A DNA stretch of 54,170 bases, the filler included, from Dimargaris cristalligena (lineage: Eukaryota): NCBI GenBank assembly GCA_003614675.1. It is 4 parts of 4 records of this genome, joined end to end, with 100 filler letters (N's around TTAATTAATTAA, not from the genome) between each part and the next. Parts side by side here need not be neighbours in the genome. Positions count along the whole stretch, not along the records: positions 1 to 13,531 come from ML002985.1; 3 more parts are not named here. One strand, written 5' to 3'. Under the pieces are notes generated by a model. The model saw only the letters and a list, made by a program, of their open reading frames with translations, did no database searches and had not been told where the DNA came from. Positions 1-10,318 of the stretch are shown piece after piece (positions within the stretch are counted from its first letter, which is position 1; each line of letters starts with the position of its first letter). A program made the translations under genes and the position numbers.

Positions 1-194
1 ACCTTCTCTCCCTTTCTCTATTATTTATCTATCTTTTCATTTAGGCTTCCCCTTTTGAGTATAAATACTCCCCCTTACTGCCACCTCTTGGAACAGTAAG
101 TCTATTATCACCTTTCCCTTCTTATCATCTATTTTTTTAAATAAAGTTTAGTTTTCAAGGATTTGATTTCAGTTCTTTATAGCTAGTATTTGGA

Positions 195-403
195 AGACTC
201 TGATAGTAACTGGAAGTATCTAATGGATTAGCACTTGGGTAATTAGTGTAAATTAGGTGGAGTCAGACTGGGGGGAAGGTTATATGATATGTAATAATCC
301 CATGGTACCAGGGGTGACTATGGGAAGGCTAATATGGTGATATAAGGCCTAATATAGTCAGATACTAAGCCAGCTGGATTAGGGCAGATTAGAAGGTCTG
401 ACA
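195..403. repeat. Dispersed degenerate repeat, copy A (homologous to 46207-46416)
   Basis: Aligns by eye with 46207-46416 (e.g. GTACCAGGGGT..ATGGGAAGG.TAATATGG..TATAAGGCCTAATAT). Differences are mostly transitions. It lies in a CpG-free tract. Confidence 0.8.
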
Positions 404-639
404 GTGAGGGGATGGGATGGGGAAAAGGCAGGGGAAGGTGGAAGAGAAATTGGTTGCAGTAGGGTTGATATATTAATATACAAAATGGTAAAGCTAATGG
501 AGATAGAAGTGGAAGGGGTTTTTGATAGTTAAATATTAAATAAATGGAATATTGGCTGGTGAAATGATAGTGTTGAAGTAGGACAGCCACTACAGGCTTT
601 TTATATATTTTTAGGCTTCCCATCATCTAATTGTGGCAG

Positions 640-1400
640 CCACAATGAAACAGCTTACCAAATTCCCCATTTACATGGGCCATCCTTCACATGTTCAATG
701 GCAAGAGGTGAGCAAACTGGCTGATGCTTGGCATTTTGCTGCTGTTCCACCAGTGCAATAACTGTTTGGGGGATTGGTTCATTTTAGCTATAATGCAAAC
801 ACCCCATTTGCTAAATAATTTCAATGGTAAAAACTAAGTTCCAGTTGACTTACATTTTTATTCCACCCAGAGTTGTATACAGCTGTGTGGAGTTTTGCCT
901 ATGTACAGAGGGAAGCTGGTGAACCACCCTATTTTATTTACTAGAAAAGGGACCAGTACCCTGGTAACCAATACACGTGCTAGTTCCATTGCATATACCC
1001 TATTACTGAAAGATTTGTCTAAAGGACATAGGACAGCATTAATATGGGAGTAGTTCAACAAGGCTGTATAACGAAAAATCCATTTAATAAGGCAAATACT
1101 ACTGGTTGAAAATAAACATCCCACCAATTTTCCCATACACATATCAGTTAAATTCTTATACAGCCAAGCTGAACTTCACCCATATAAATAATAAAATGGA
1201 AATCCTCTTCACCAGAGGATGATGTTATGGGAAGAGGGCACATATTAAATATCCGGAGGCTTGTGCATAATGGTTCATCCCTGGCCATCGCCACAATATC
1301 CTTCGAGATGCAATGAATAGCCATTAGGCGGGCCCTTTCCCACCCCTTCTTCCGTTGCTCCTGCTGGCCCGATAACTAGTTTGATAAGTAATGCAATAAC
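640..1400 (-). mobile_element. Possible decayed hAT-family transposase remnant
   Basis: Minus-strand translation near 650-765 gives LLHWWNSSKMPSISQFAHLL..(frameshifts)..PCKWEFGKL, resembling the hAT dimerisation motif WW..P.L..A..LL..CER.FS. Many stops; boundaries uncertain. Confidence 0.3.
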
Positions 1401-3026
1401 AGTGACTCTCATTGGATTAGGCCTGGCTCTCCGTTCTACAATGAGTCAAAGACCTTGATTAAAGATAAACTGTGTAGATTAATGCCAAACAATCGACAGA
1501 CTACCTTTGTTTGGACATAAAGAGGATTCTGCAGCAAGGGTGGGCGACTCTTGGCAACCTAAGGGTGGATTTAGGCAGTTATACCCATCTGTGTTGCAGG
1601 CTACATCCCCCCCCCCAACGTTTAGTTCATCGTCCATGTAGACACTGCCCCGCCGATTGGAAGTACTCTTCGCCCCTTAGAACTGTTTATACGGCGGGAT
1701 GCCTCCACTTTATTTGAAGACTGCTATTGTCCAGAAAACTATTTTTTTTTATCTTGTTGGTTTGTTTCGGGTGAAGAGGGTATGTGGCGCACCAGTTTAG
1801 GGTCATCAATACGGTGGACATGTGGATGGCTTACCTAATATACTAACGGTCTATTTTTCATTCCATACCAGCTGCTAAGCCAGATATTCGAAAATCCGAT
1901 AATGGAATTGTACTATTCACGTCCCCCGCTTCATATGGCTGTCCGACCTTGTGTGGTCCATAGGTTATGTTTATGAATTTCATCTCCTATCTCAATAGCA
2001 GGTTGCTTCTGTTTAGTCCAGCTAACAGTGTCCATTAGAGGTTGAGAGGTGGGATGCGGGTATATAGAGGCAAATGGCTAAAGAATCCCACCAGGATTTG
2101 TTTACAGCACTTGTCTTATATTGCCCACCTAGAAGTCTTCGGAAAGACTACCCCCAGTCACATTGCTACATTTGAAAAATGCATCTTCCCGCTAAGCCAT
2201 TTTATAGGCTGATAGATGTGTTACATAGTATTATTACCCTAGTACCACATTAGGCTGATAGGCAGCTGCTAATAAACCTTGAGGATGTGTGGTACAACTA
2301 ATGCTGCGAAACCACATATTGCTTTAATTGCGAGCTCTGCCCAGCAATTCGATAACCCTTTTTCTACCTTTTCGGCTGCGATATACTTGCTAGTGGCATT
2401 TCAGGAAATACTGTACCTTAGGGATTAGAACTATAGACTGTAATATTGAATAATATGATTTTTTTTCATACATCAACTTCGCCACTTACGTAAAACGAGG
2501 GATAGAGGCGAGGCTATATTTACAAGTCCATATTTATGTAGGGCGACCATTTGTTAATCAGGAAATTTCGGCCAATAGGCTCTGGGATGTCAATGCTCTA
2601 CTTGGTGGGGAAGGATAGTACCGCGAAAAATGTCCCAGGCCTAATATGGGTTAGATATACAAAAAATACTTATCAACATTACAGCATAAAAGAGAGGAAA
2701 GCTACTGGACGCCGACAGGGAATTCAAAGTGGTCAGTTGCATTGGATACTATAGTAGGTTGGCTTTATTTTAAGTGGAATAGATCAATAGAAGTGGTGCA
2801 AACCACTAAACTAACTCAGCTAGGCAGAAACAGGCGATTGACTGCATGGCCTAGGGAGGATAAAGGGTTAACCATTCACATGGCCCCACATTCCCGATAT
2901 TCCTATCAGAAACCCCACCCCCCCCCGCCTGACTTAGACCTTTTATTAAGCCCTATAATGTCCCACTCTCAGTCCCCAACAATAGATAGGGTTAGTTTGG
3001 CTCTTAGTATTCCTAGGGGTGGGAAT

Positions 3027-3287
3027 TGTTGGAAATATAGATTCAATGGTAAATGCAAGTGCCTTCAGATGCAACTAAAAAGGATTTAAAGAAGAGAGAA
3101 AGAACCGCGAGGGTCAAGGCTAGATGCCCACGGTTGGTTTTATTGAATTGGATAATAGTAGTAATAATGATTAGGACGAAGTTCAAGGTATAGAATGATA
3201 TAGTAATGGCTAGAATATAGTCCCGAGTATAGGACGGGCCAATCACAGAGATGGAATCAGTGGGACGGGGGAAATGAATTTCCAACA
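3027..3287 (-). mobile_element. Solo LTR (261 bp) with 5-bp target-site duplication
   Basis: Starts TGTTGGAAAT and ends ATTTCCAACA (perfect 10-bp terminal inverted repeat, TG...CA). Flanked by GGAAT at 3022-3026 and 3288-3292. AATAAA on the minus strand. Second copy at 36724-36982. Confidence 0.9.
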
Positions 3288-4428
3288 GGAATTACCCTAA
3301 ATTAGCTGAATGTCGGAGATCTTTGGCTTACTAAACACTGGCCGTATGTTAAATAAAAGTGCCAATGGCCAAAGCAAGGTCGGATAACACTTGATTAATG
3401 CAGGAGGCGCACATTAGTAAAAATGGTGTTTTGAACTGGCAGGGTATATATTTTATTAGAGAGGTCTAATTAGGACCTGGACTCAGAGTGGTTCGTGGGT
3501 TTAGAAAGATTTTGTGAACATTGGCAATATACCTCATCCAAAGTGAGACTGCTCGAATGGAAGTTACATCAATCACACATAGAGAAGCTTCTGAGTACAC
3601 ACCGGTCACGCATTCCCACACCCACGAGGTTTCCACTGGTGTTGATCGGAGAAACAATAATAGTGCAGACCAGCTGTCCTCTTCTAGATTCAATCCTGAA
3701 GGTCAGTTGCCAACATAAAGTAGATAATCCAGCCAGACCCAGCACGTTTATATAGCCCCACAAATGGGAAATCTGCCAGCGAGAATAGGGCGGAGTTCTT
3801 CATCCATGTTTTAATATGGTGAGTAGCTTCGATTAAGACTTACTTCCTAAAATAGCTACTGTCCATTGGCGAAATATTAGAGTTGCCCTCCATTGTACAA
3901 GTCAGAGCTGTCATTCACGAAGGCCCAAACACAACGGAATGAGAAGGTCCTGCGGTTAAAGAAATAGCTGATCATCATACCACCGGCACTAATATGCTAT
4001 ATGATTCTGATGTGGATACATGCAGGGGATCGGGTGGCCGGGTGGGGCGAGAAGACCATAGCATTATCGTCGGTATATATAAAGGGTTATGTCTGCACAC
4101 CATGGTTTTACGTACTTACATTACAAATTTATTCTATTTCTCCAACGTCTGCACTCATACTCTCTTAATTTAAGAACCGGCCAATCAATCTTGTAAGAAC
4201 CCCCCCCCCTATATGTCTCTACGTATCACTTTTATTGACTACGTACATGTAACTTGAGCCATGCCCGTTGTTTTCCAAGGAAATGAAAAGGTATATTTAT
4301 CAATATAGTCCACTTACCAGTTGTTTATTTTACTACCCAATCCTTCTTTGACCGTCGCTCAGCACCTAGATCAGTTTGGTCACGAGCCAATTCACAACAT
4401 TATACCTTCGTAAGCAATAACTACAGAG

Positions 4429-4677
4429 ATGCCGATGAAGGCTACCCTAAAGACAATGGCCCTGCTGGTGGCAACCACTCTTGCCATTAGCGGCCATATT
4501 GCCTCGGTTCATGGGTTCCCCCTCTCCACCGCCACAACGGCAACTCAACCCCCGCCAAACGTAGAATCGTCCCTCATGGCGTTTTCCTTGGACTGCACCT
4601 GGTCATACCGTGGGCTTTGTATCGTTCAGCCAGCTGCCTCGATTGGCGTGAACGAGCCAGTGGGCTATCCCATGTAG
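4429..4677 (+). CDS. Small putative secreted peptide (82 aa, 2 Cys)
   Basis: Signal-peptide-like N-terminus (MKATLKTMALLVATTLAISGHIASVHG|FP), Thr/Pro spacer, CTWSYRGLC loop. TATATAAA at 4076-4083. Start may be 4435. Confidence 0.55.
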   Translation: MPMKATLKTMALLVATTLAISGHIASVHGFPLSTATTATQPPPNVESSLMAFSLDCTWSYRGLCIVQPAASIGVNEPVGYPM

Positions 4678-5372
4678 ACATTGTCGTGGAGGCCCTTCTC
4701 CCTTCTGTTTAACGAGGATGGCGATGTGTAAGTCATCGTTTAAATAATAGGGGATGTCTGCTCGTTTGGCTCACGGTTTAATAACCGACTTTCTTAATTC
4801 GATGCATGGGTGCCCAAGATGTTACTCAATTAATGCATAATTTTAAAGCGGCTAACCAAAGTGGTCCTATATATTAATAAACTAAAGCAGAGAAACCTAT
4901 TAATCAAGAGAGGTATTATTTGAATAGTGATATGGATTGCCCGTGGATTATGGCCCCCCTCTTTTTATGTTTCTTTTTTCTTTGGAGGCTTCCAAAAATG
5001 GACAGGGAAGCTGTGGTCCAAGTTATTTAATAGGCACTATTGTATAATTTCTCACTCACACTAGAGGTTTACCAAGGTTGGCCCGCTGCGGGCACTCAAA
5101 AAGCACATAATGACACGCCTGTCTCCGTATATATACACTCTTTGAATTTATGGAGAGCTCCAATACGATACGCCTAGTTGTAGTGAAACAAACTATGGGA
5201 TGCGTTTTTCACGAGAGTAATGTCATTTTATAGCAATTTATGATGTAGATTTATTATAAGTCGTTCAGAAATATTGTCGATGAAGGGGTATTTTCAACCC
5301 CCGTGAAAATAATTTTAAGTGGATTGTAATTGGGTGTCTAAGAAGGGCTGGAAACTAAGGGAATATTTGGAT

Positions 5373-5756
5373 TTAGAGGGGCAAAGCCTGGGTGTCTTTC
5401 CCGTTGATACCCTCATACGGAAGGTTGAGTATAGGCGGGTAGGCCGGGAGGGTCGGAATGGTGGGTGGAGTGGAAATACAGGGGATAACGCCCGTGTATC
5501 GGCACGGTAGGAATGGGCAATTGGCCATTCTACCCCCTTGCGAATACCGACAGTTATTTTGACAGTTCACGGGGGAATGACAAATGACCAGCGGGGATAA
5601 AACGGAAGTCCGCCTTCTGAGGGCGACTGGATCCAAGACGGGCTGGATGGTTTGCAAGTCGGGATAGCAGCAGTCGTATATTGGAAGCGCCATGGCGGAA
5701 GCTCCGGCCAGGGCAACGACAAGGAACACTAGGGAAATAATGAAATACATGGCCAT
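5373..5756 (-). CDS. Small secreted cysteine-rich prepropeptide (127 aa)
   Basis: Strong signal peptide MAMYFIISLVFLVVALAGASAMA|LP, RRR basic site, then six Cys including CQNNC, and a Pro-rich tail. TATAAAA at 5964-5970 (minus). Confidence 0.7.
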   Translation of the reverse strand: MAMYFIISLVFLVVALAGASAMALPIYDCCYPDLQTIQPVLDPVALRRRTSVLSPLVICHSPVNCQNNCRYSQGGRMANCPFLPCRYTGVIPCISTPPTIPTLPAYPPILNLPYEGINGKDTQALPL

Positions 5757-7968
5757 AGAATCGACTAAAAAGAAGGCAGTAAAAGGGGACACCAAAGGGA
5801 TGCGAGGTAGGGGAGGGAGATGAAAGCCGGTAAAATGGGAGTGGCAAATAGTTCAAACCTGATGATAAGATAGGTAATACAATTAGCAGTAGGTTTAAAG
5901 ATGGAAATATCGGAAACGAAGTAATGGACGTTGATGCTGTTCCAGTAGGAGGAAAATACTGGCTTTTATAAGCCCGTCCAGTAGAGACAAATAAACATCA
6001 CCCGGCTGAATATAGGTTACCATAGGAGGTAGCCGCGCCACTACCCTGAAGACCCAGCCGAATTTTATTATGCAAATGTACACGGAATTGTAGCTTAGTA
6101 ATAATGTAGGATGCATTTGCCAATGATAGATTTTGTGTAGGTGAAAAAAGACTCACCCCCGCTCAGATTAACACCACATCACAGCTAGGGCTATGGAATC
6201 GATTTTCGGCGGATATCGACTACTCCGCCAATTTACTGAAGGTCTTCCTTAGTTTAGACCAGCCAATGGCCTAAGATCGTCGGCAAATGTGAGGGATGGC
6301 GTGTGCAAATCGCGGGATAGGCGGTGGTGGTGGTGGTGTTGGCGGAAGGAGTGAAAATAAGGGAGCAGCGGTTCACTCAATTCACAAGGTCACCTCCACC
6401 CCATTCCGGTAATTCCATTTCCATAGGGCGGTATTCTGGCCTTTCATGCTATGGGCATTTGTTAGGTCCTATCAATAAGCTCCCCTTTACAAATTGTGTA
6501 TAACGAGCATGGGACCAACAATTAGCAAAAATATAATAGAGAGGGATGGCGGTCTATTGAAGCGACCATTTATGGAGTCCGAGTGCGTACTTGGATATAT
6601 TAAGGCAATTGCGGCAGGCCATCCCAATATAAATTAGCCCTGATGAGTATCGGTTGGAAAAAGAATGATGGTGTGATTTAGACTCTCCAGTCAGCCAGAT
6701 TAAATCGAGGGACCGACTGATTAGCAGACCGGCGATTTTCGATCGTCCCAAGGGGTGGGGCAATTATGCATAATTCTGGAAGTACGGATACACTAGTGAG
6801 GGATTTTATAAGTGTAGGCTAGTGGCTCGGTTTGACATAGTATCTAAATATTCAGCTGTTGAATCGATTATTTGCATGACCCCCGAATAGTATGGCTACT
6901 ATACACCGTATTGGGCATGTTGAAAATCTAAAACGCTATGTGGCAGCTCAGTGGGGGGAAGGACTCGACTGCTGGGCCAATACTGGGCTAACCATTTTAC
7001 CTGACTTAACTGACCAATATGGATATTGGTATAGGTTAGTTTGCATCAACCGAACCCAGCAGTCCGCTATAGTACAAGATTATACCACTAGGTCAGGCAG
7101 ACGCATGTCTTGGCCGGGAAACTAGACTGATAGCTGAGATCTTGGCGATCCGGGGCGTGGATCCGGTGACTAAATCTAACGAGGGATAGAACAAACTCGA
7201 CACCAGGGTTTAAAGACGACAAAATTATTTTGTGAAGTAACTGGGGGGAGGGTTATATAAAAATAAGATAAAATAAGATGCCCTAACGCAAAGTGCCGAG
7301 AAAGAGGGGGAGGATGCGCGGACATGGTATATATAAAACAATATCGGTGGGGTATAAAGTGGTCAATTCTGAGGGGGAGGGGGGTTACTCTAACCAGATA
7401 CTCATCGAAATCATCACAAACTTGACGGCGTATCCGGAACCTAGGAAACTGGCGTCAACCCTATCTGTGGGGAAGGAAATCTGCTCACAGAGCCGCTGGG
7501 TGACGGATTATTGCGGCGCCAAGGGGCTACTATCGGATTATTCTACATTCCTCAAAGGTTTGGGTATGTGACATATTTACCCTCCCCCCCATCTGGCTAG
7601 AGGATACACTGCTATCAGTCTACAATGACAGGTTCCGTGGTGTTGGTAATCACGCTATATCCCCCAGCGCCAGAGCATTACCGAATACCCGAAAACTGTG
7701 TATTTTTGGGTAGTCCACCACCGTCACACCACTTTCAATATACCACTCTTTTCCAGTCCTGGGCCCTTTACACCGAAATCGCCATAGTATACGCCATAAT
7801 GAAATAAAGTGGCCCAATATTCAGTTTATTGATATGCAAATTCTCTGATGCATCTGACAGCCGGAAAAGCAATTAAACGGGCCCATATTAGGACGTGCGG
7901 AAGAAGCAAAAGATAAAGAGGAGAGAGGAAAGGCTTGGGATGGTCATTGGCTTATCGCATCGGGTAGG

Positions 7969-8220
7969 CTAAGTTGACTTTTGTTGACCTTCGTTAGATT
8001 TCTTTCCAGTCGCCATCGTTTTCATCGTATTACACGCAGCTCCTATACACGCACCCACCGCCTTAAACGGTGCCGAGATGGTATTCTTTACATTCTGCTT
8101 TATCCTATCGACAACAACACCGGGGTTCGCCGGAATGCCACTACGAGACTTACCCTCGCCAGCAGCCTCAATTCCGACAACGGCGACGAGGAGGGCGGTG
8201 ATTAGGAAGGTAAGTTTCAT
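7969..8220 (-). CDS. Small secreted cationic peptide (83 aa)
   Basis: ATG at 8220. Classic signal MKLTFLITALLVAVVGIEA; mature part has 10 K/R against 3 D/E and a CIGAAC pair. Pyrimidine-rich leader and TATAAAT at 8430-8436 (minus). Confidence 0.75.
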   Translation of the reverse strand: MKLTFLITALLVAVVGIEAAGEGKSRSGIPANPGVVVDRIKQNVKNTISAPFKAVGACIGAACNTMKTMATGKKSNEGQQKST

Positions 8221-8984
8221 GTTGACCAGCGGTAGATTTGAGCGAGGGTAATGGGTGATTGAAAAAATAAAATGAATAGTCGGTAAATTGGACAGGGGAA
8301 ATGGTAAAAAGGAAAGGCGGTAATGATGTGAGTTTAAAATGCCGGATGTAAGGAGGGGGGGATGCCAATTGAATGGTATGGATGAATAGTGAAATGATAT
8401 TGAGATAGTAGGGTGGACCATAGCGGACTATTTATATTGTTTTTTTGAAGTGGTCCGCCAGCCTCACCATCCCTCATTTTTCTAATATGAATCGGTGGAC
8501 CGCCACGGGGACTTCTTTGGTGAGCAAGAGGGGTTTTAGAGTCACTCGCTGGTTTTTTGTGTATTGCTGGGACGCGGACCCTTTAGAAACCATGGTGGCG
8601 GGTAGATTGGGGAGAGGGAGGGTCAGTGGCCGCTCCCCCACTAGCGAAAACTCATCCACGGCACCCCAAATTCGGGCAGTATCACCACCACCGCCTTATC
8701 CTGCTGTTCACGGAGGGAGAAGAGGGGTCTTGGCATGTAATTCATCTAGACCAACTCAACAATGTAGATGGCCAATTGATTAACTAACTGTTCAAGGAGG
8801 ACTAGATTATAGACTAACGGTGCGGCAGAAGAGCGCGAAATGGGATTCAAGAAGCCCCCCGGCTATTGTTCTCGTTTAGCCATCAACCACCAAGACAAAG
8901 AGTAGGCAGGCTTGTAAAAATCTGTGAATCGCACTACCTCCGCCTTTACCCTCCCTCCTCCCCTTCCCGTCTTCCCTCCCGCCC

Positions 8985-9850
8985 GCCCGATTATCGGACC
9001 TGCGATGTGAGAGGGATTCGTTTTCAATGATACCCGATGATTTGCCCATCTTGGGGAGATGGGTCATGTATTTAAGGATACCGCCATGGCAGCCACCGGT
9101 GCACTCTATACTCGATAGAGCAAGTTTATTGGGAACAAGGGGCAGTACTACTACTCTCCAAGGTAGAGGAGAGAGCGTGTCACTACTACTGTTTTCCACC
9201 CTGGCCGCAAACTCGGCTGTCTAGAGACATGGCAATAACAGCACAGTGGAGGCAGCTGCGACTAGGAGTAGTAGTGACACTCTCTCTCCGCTACTCATGA
9301 AGAGTCGGTACTATTAATCGGCGCAGGGAGGAATTATTCCCCCCTCTCCGATTAAAGCCACCACCCCCCTTCTACTATATCAGGTGTATCTTCTGTACTC
9401 TTGTCTATCAGAATAGTGGACGAGAGAGGGCCCATGTACTCCCCGCGAGGGGTGGTGATCGCAGCTGTAAGAGAGGGAATATCCTGGGTCTGGGAACACC
9501 AACCAACCTTCATACTCGACAATCCTAGGAGCCTCCTCTAGATTAGAAGTAGTGAGTGTAGAAGAGACCCTAATAAACGGGGATGACCACAGTCTATGGC
9601 ATTCTAATTATCCTACCACCCGCTAACCCCCTCCCTCTTCTACCCAGGGTTGCCGAGGTGGTCCCCCACACAGTCAGTTTACACCTCGCAATCCCACCAG
9701 CCCATCCCAGGACGTCGTATGGCCAAGAACATCATAGATATCCAGAGGAGGGGGAGTGATATTTCCTACGAAACAACACGGCCTGTCCACATGGATCTCC
9801 CCATTCGACTAATCAGAATTATTGGACTACCTTCCATATGGAATCATTAC
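8985..9850 (+). ncRNA. Candidate structured non-coding RNA, family unidentified
   Basis: Dense series of stems: 9045-9063, 9104-9120, 9144-9312 (22/23-bp core), 9314-9355, 9398-9426, CCCC-GCGA-GGGG at 9441-9452, and 9647-9694. Several mismatches become G-U pairs only on the + strand. No convincing ORF. Confidence 0.4.
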
Positions 9851-10318
9851 TACTGTTCAATGGCAGATGACTGGCCATGTGGTATGTTGGGATTTATCAG
9901 AAATGCGATACTAGTTTAATGAATATAAATATATAAAGGTATAAAACTGTGTCAATTTTAGTTTACATGGAACAGGGGTTGGGATAAATAAATCTGATGC
10001 TCAAAGAGAATCTTAATGCCCGAGGCAAACTGCAAATTGGTGAGTTAAGAGTCAGGCGGGTAAGGTCAAGCCCGCGCGTAGGCTCTCTCTCCGCATGAAC
10101 GGGGTGTACAGTCTTACAAAGAAGAGCAAATGTATGAGTATGTGTATGAGGGGAGGGTAGCAAACCATCAACCATTGTCATTAAAAACTAAGATTGGTCT
10201 AACAGCCATGTGGTAAAACAGTAATCGATGGGGCGGGTATGTGTATGTGTGTATACTATACATCGCTTGCAGAAGTTGACCCAGGTAAGTAATACCACAC
10301 TACCTCCTTCTATATGAA

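Noticed and set aside
975-1020. PIF1/Helitron-like TNLSV..GICNGT on the minus strand
   Set aside because: Needs a frameshift, and no downstream HKSQG or YVALSR motifs were found.
2987-2995. TAGGGTTAG as a telomerase template or telomere seed
   Set aside because: Single 9-mer in decayed DNA with no supporting structure.
8506-8515. Minus-strand GAAGTCCCCG resembling RNase MRP CR-I
   Set aside because: No downstream GGGGCT CR-V partner found.
9379-9402. U2-like ATCAGGTGTA..TCTGT
   Set aside because: Lacks the GTAGTA branch-point recognition sequence and the U2 5' stem.
9479-9525. snR30/U17-like m1/m2 motifs followed by ACA
   Set aside because: Neither ATATTCCT nor AAACCAT is matched exactly.
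10281-10291. Minus-strand TACTTACCTGG, identical to the U1 snRNA 5' end
   Set aside because: No U1-70K loop (GATCA), U1A loop (ATTGCAC) or Sm site follows; it lies in the RCF2 3' UTR.
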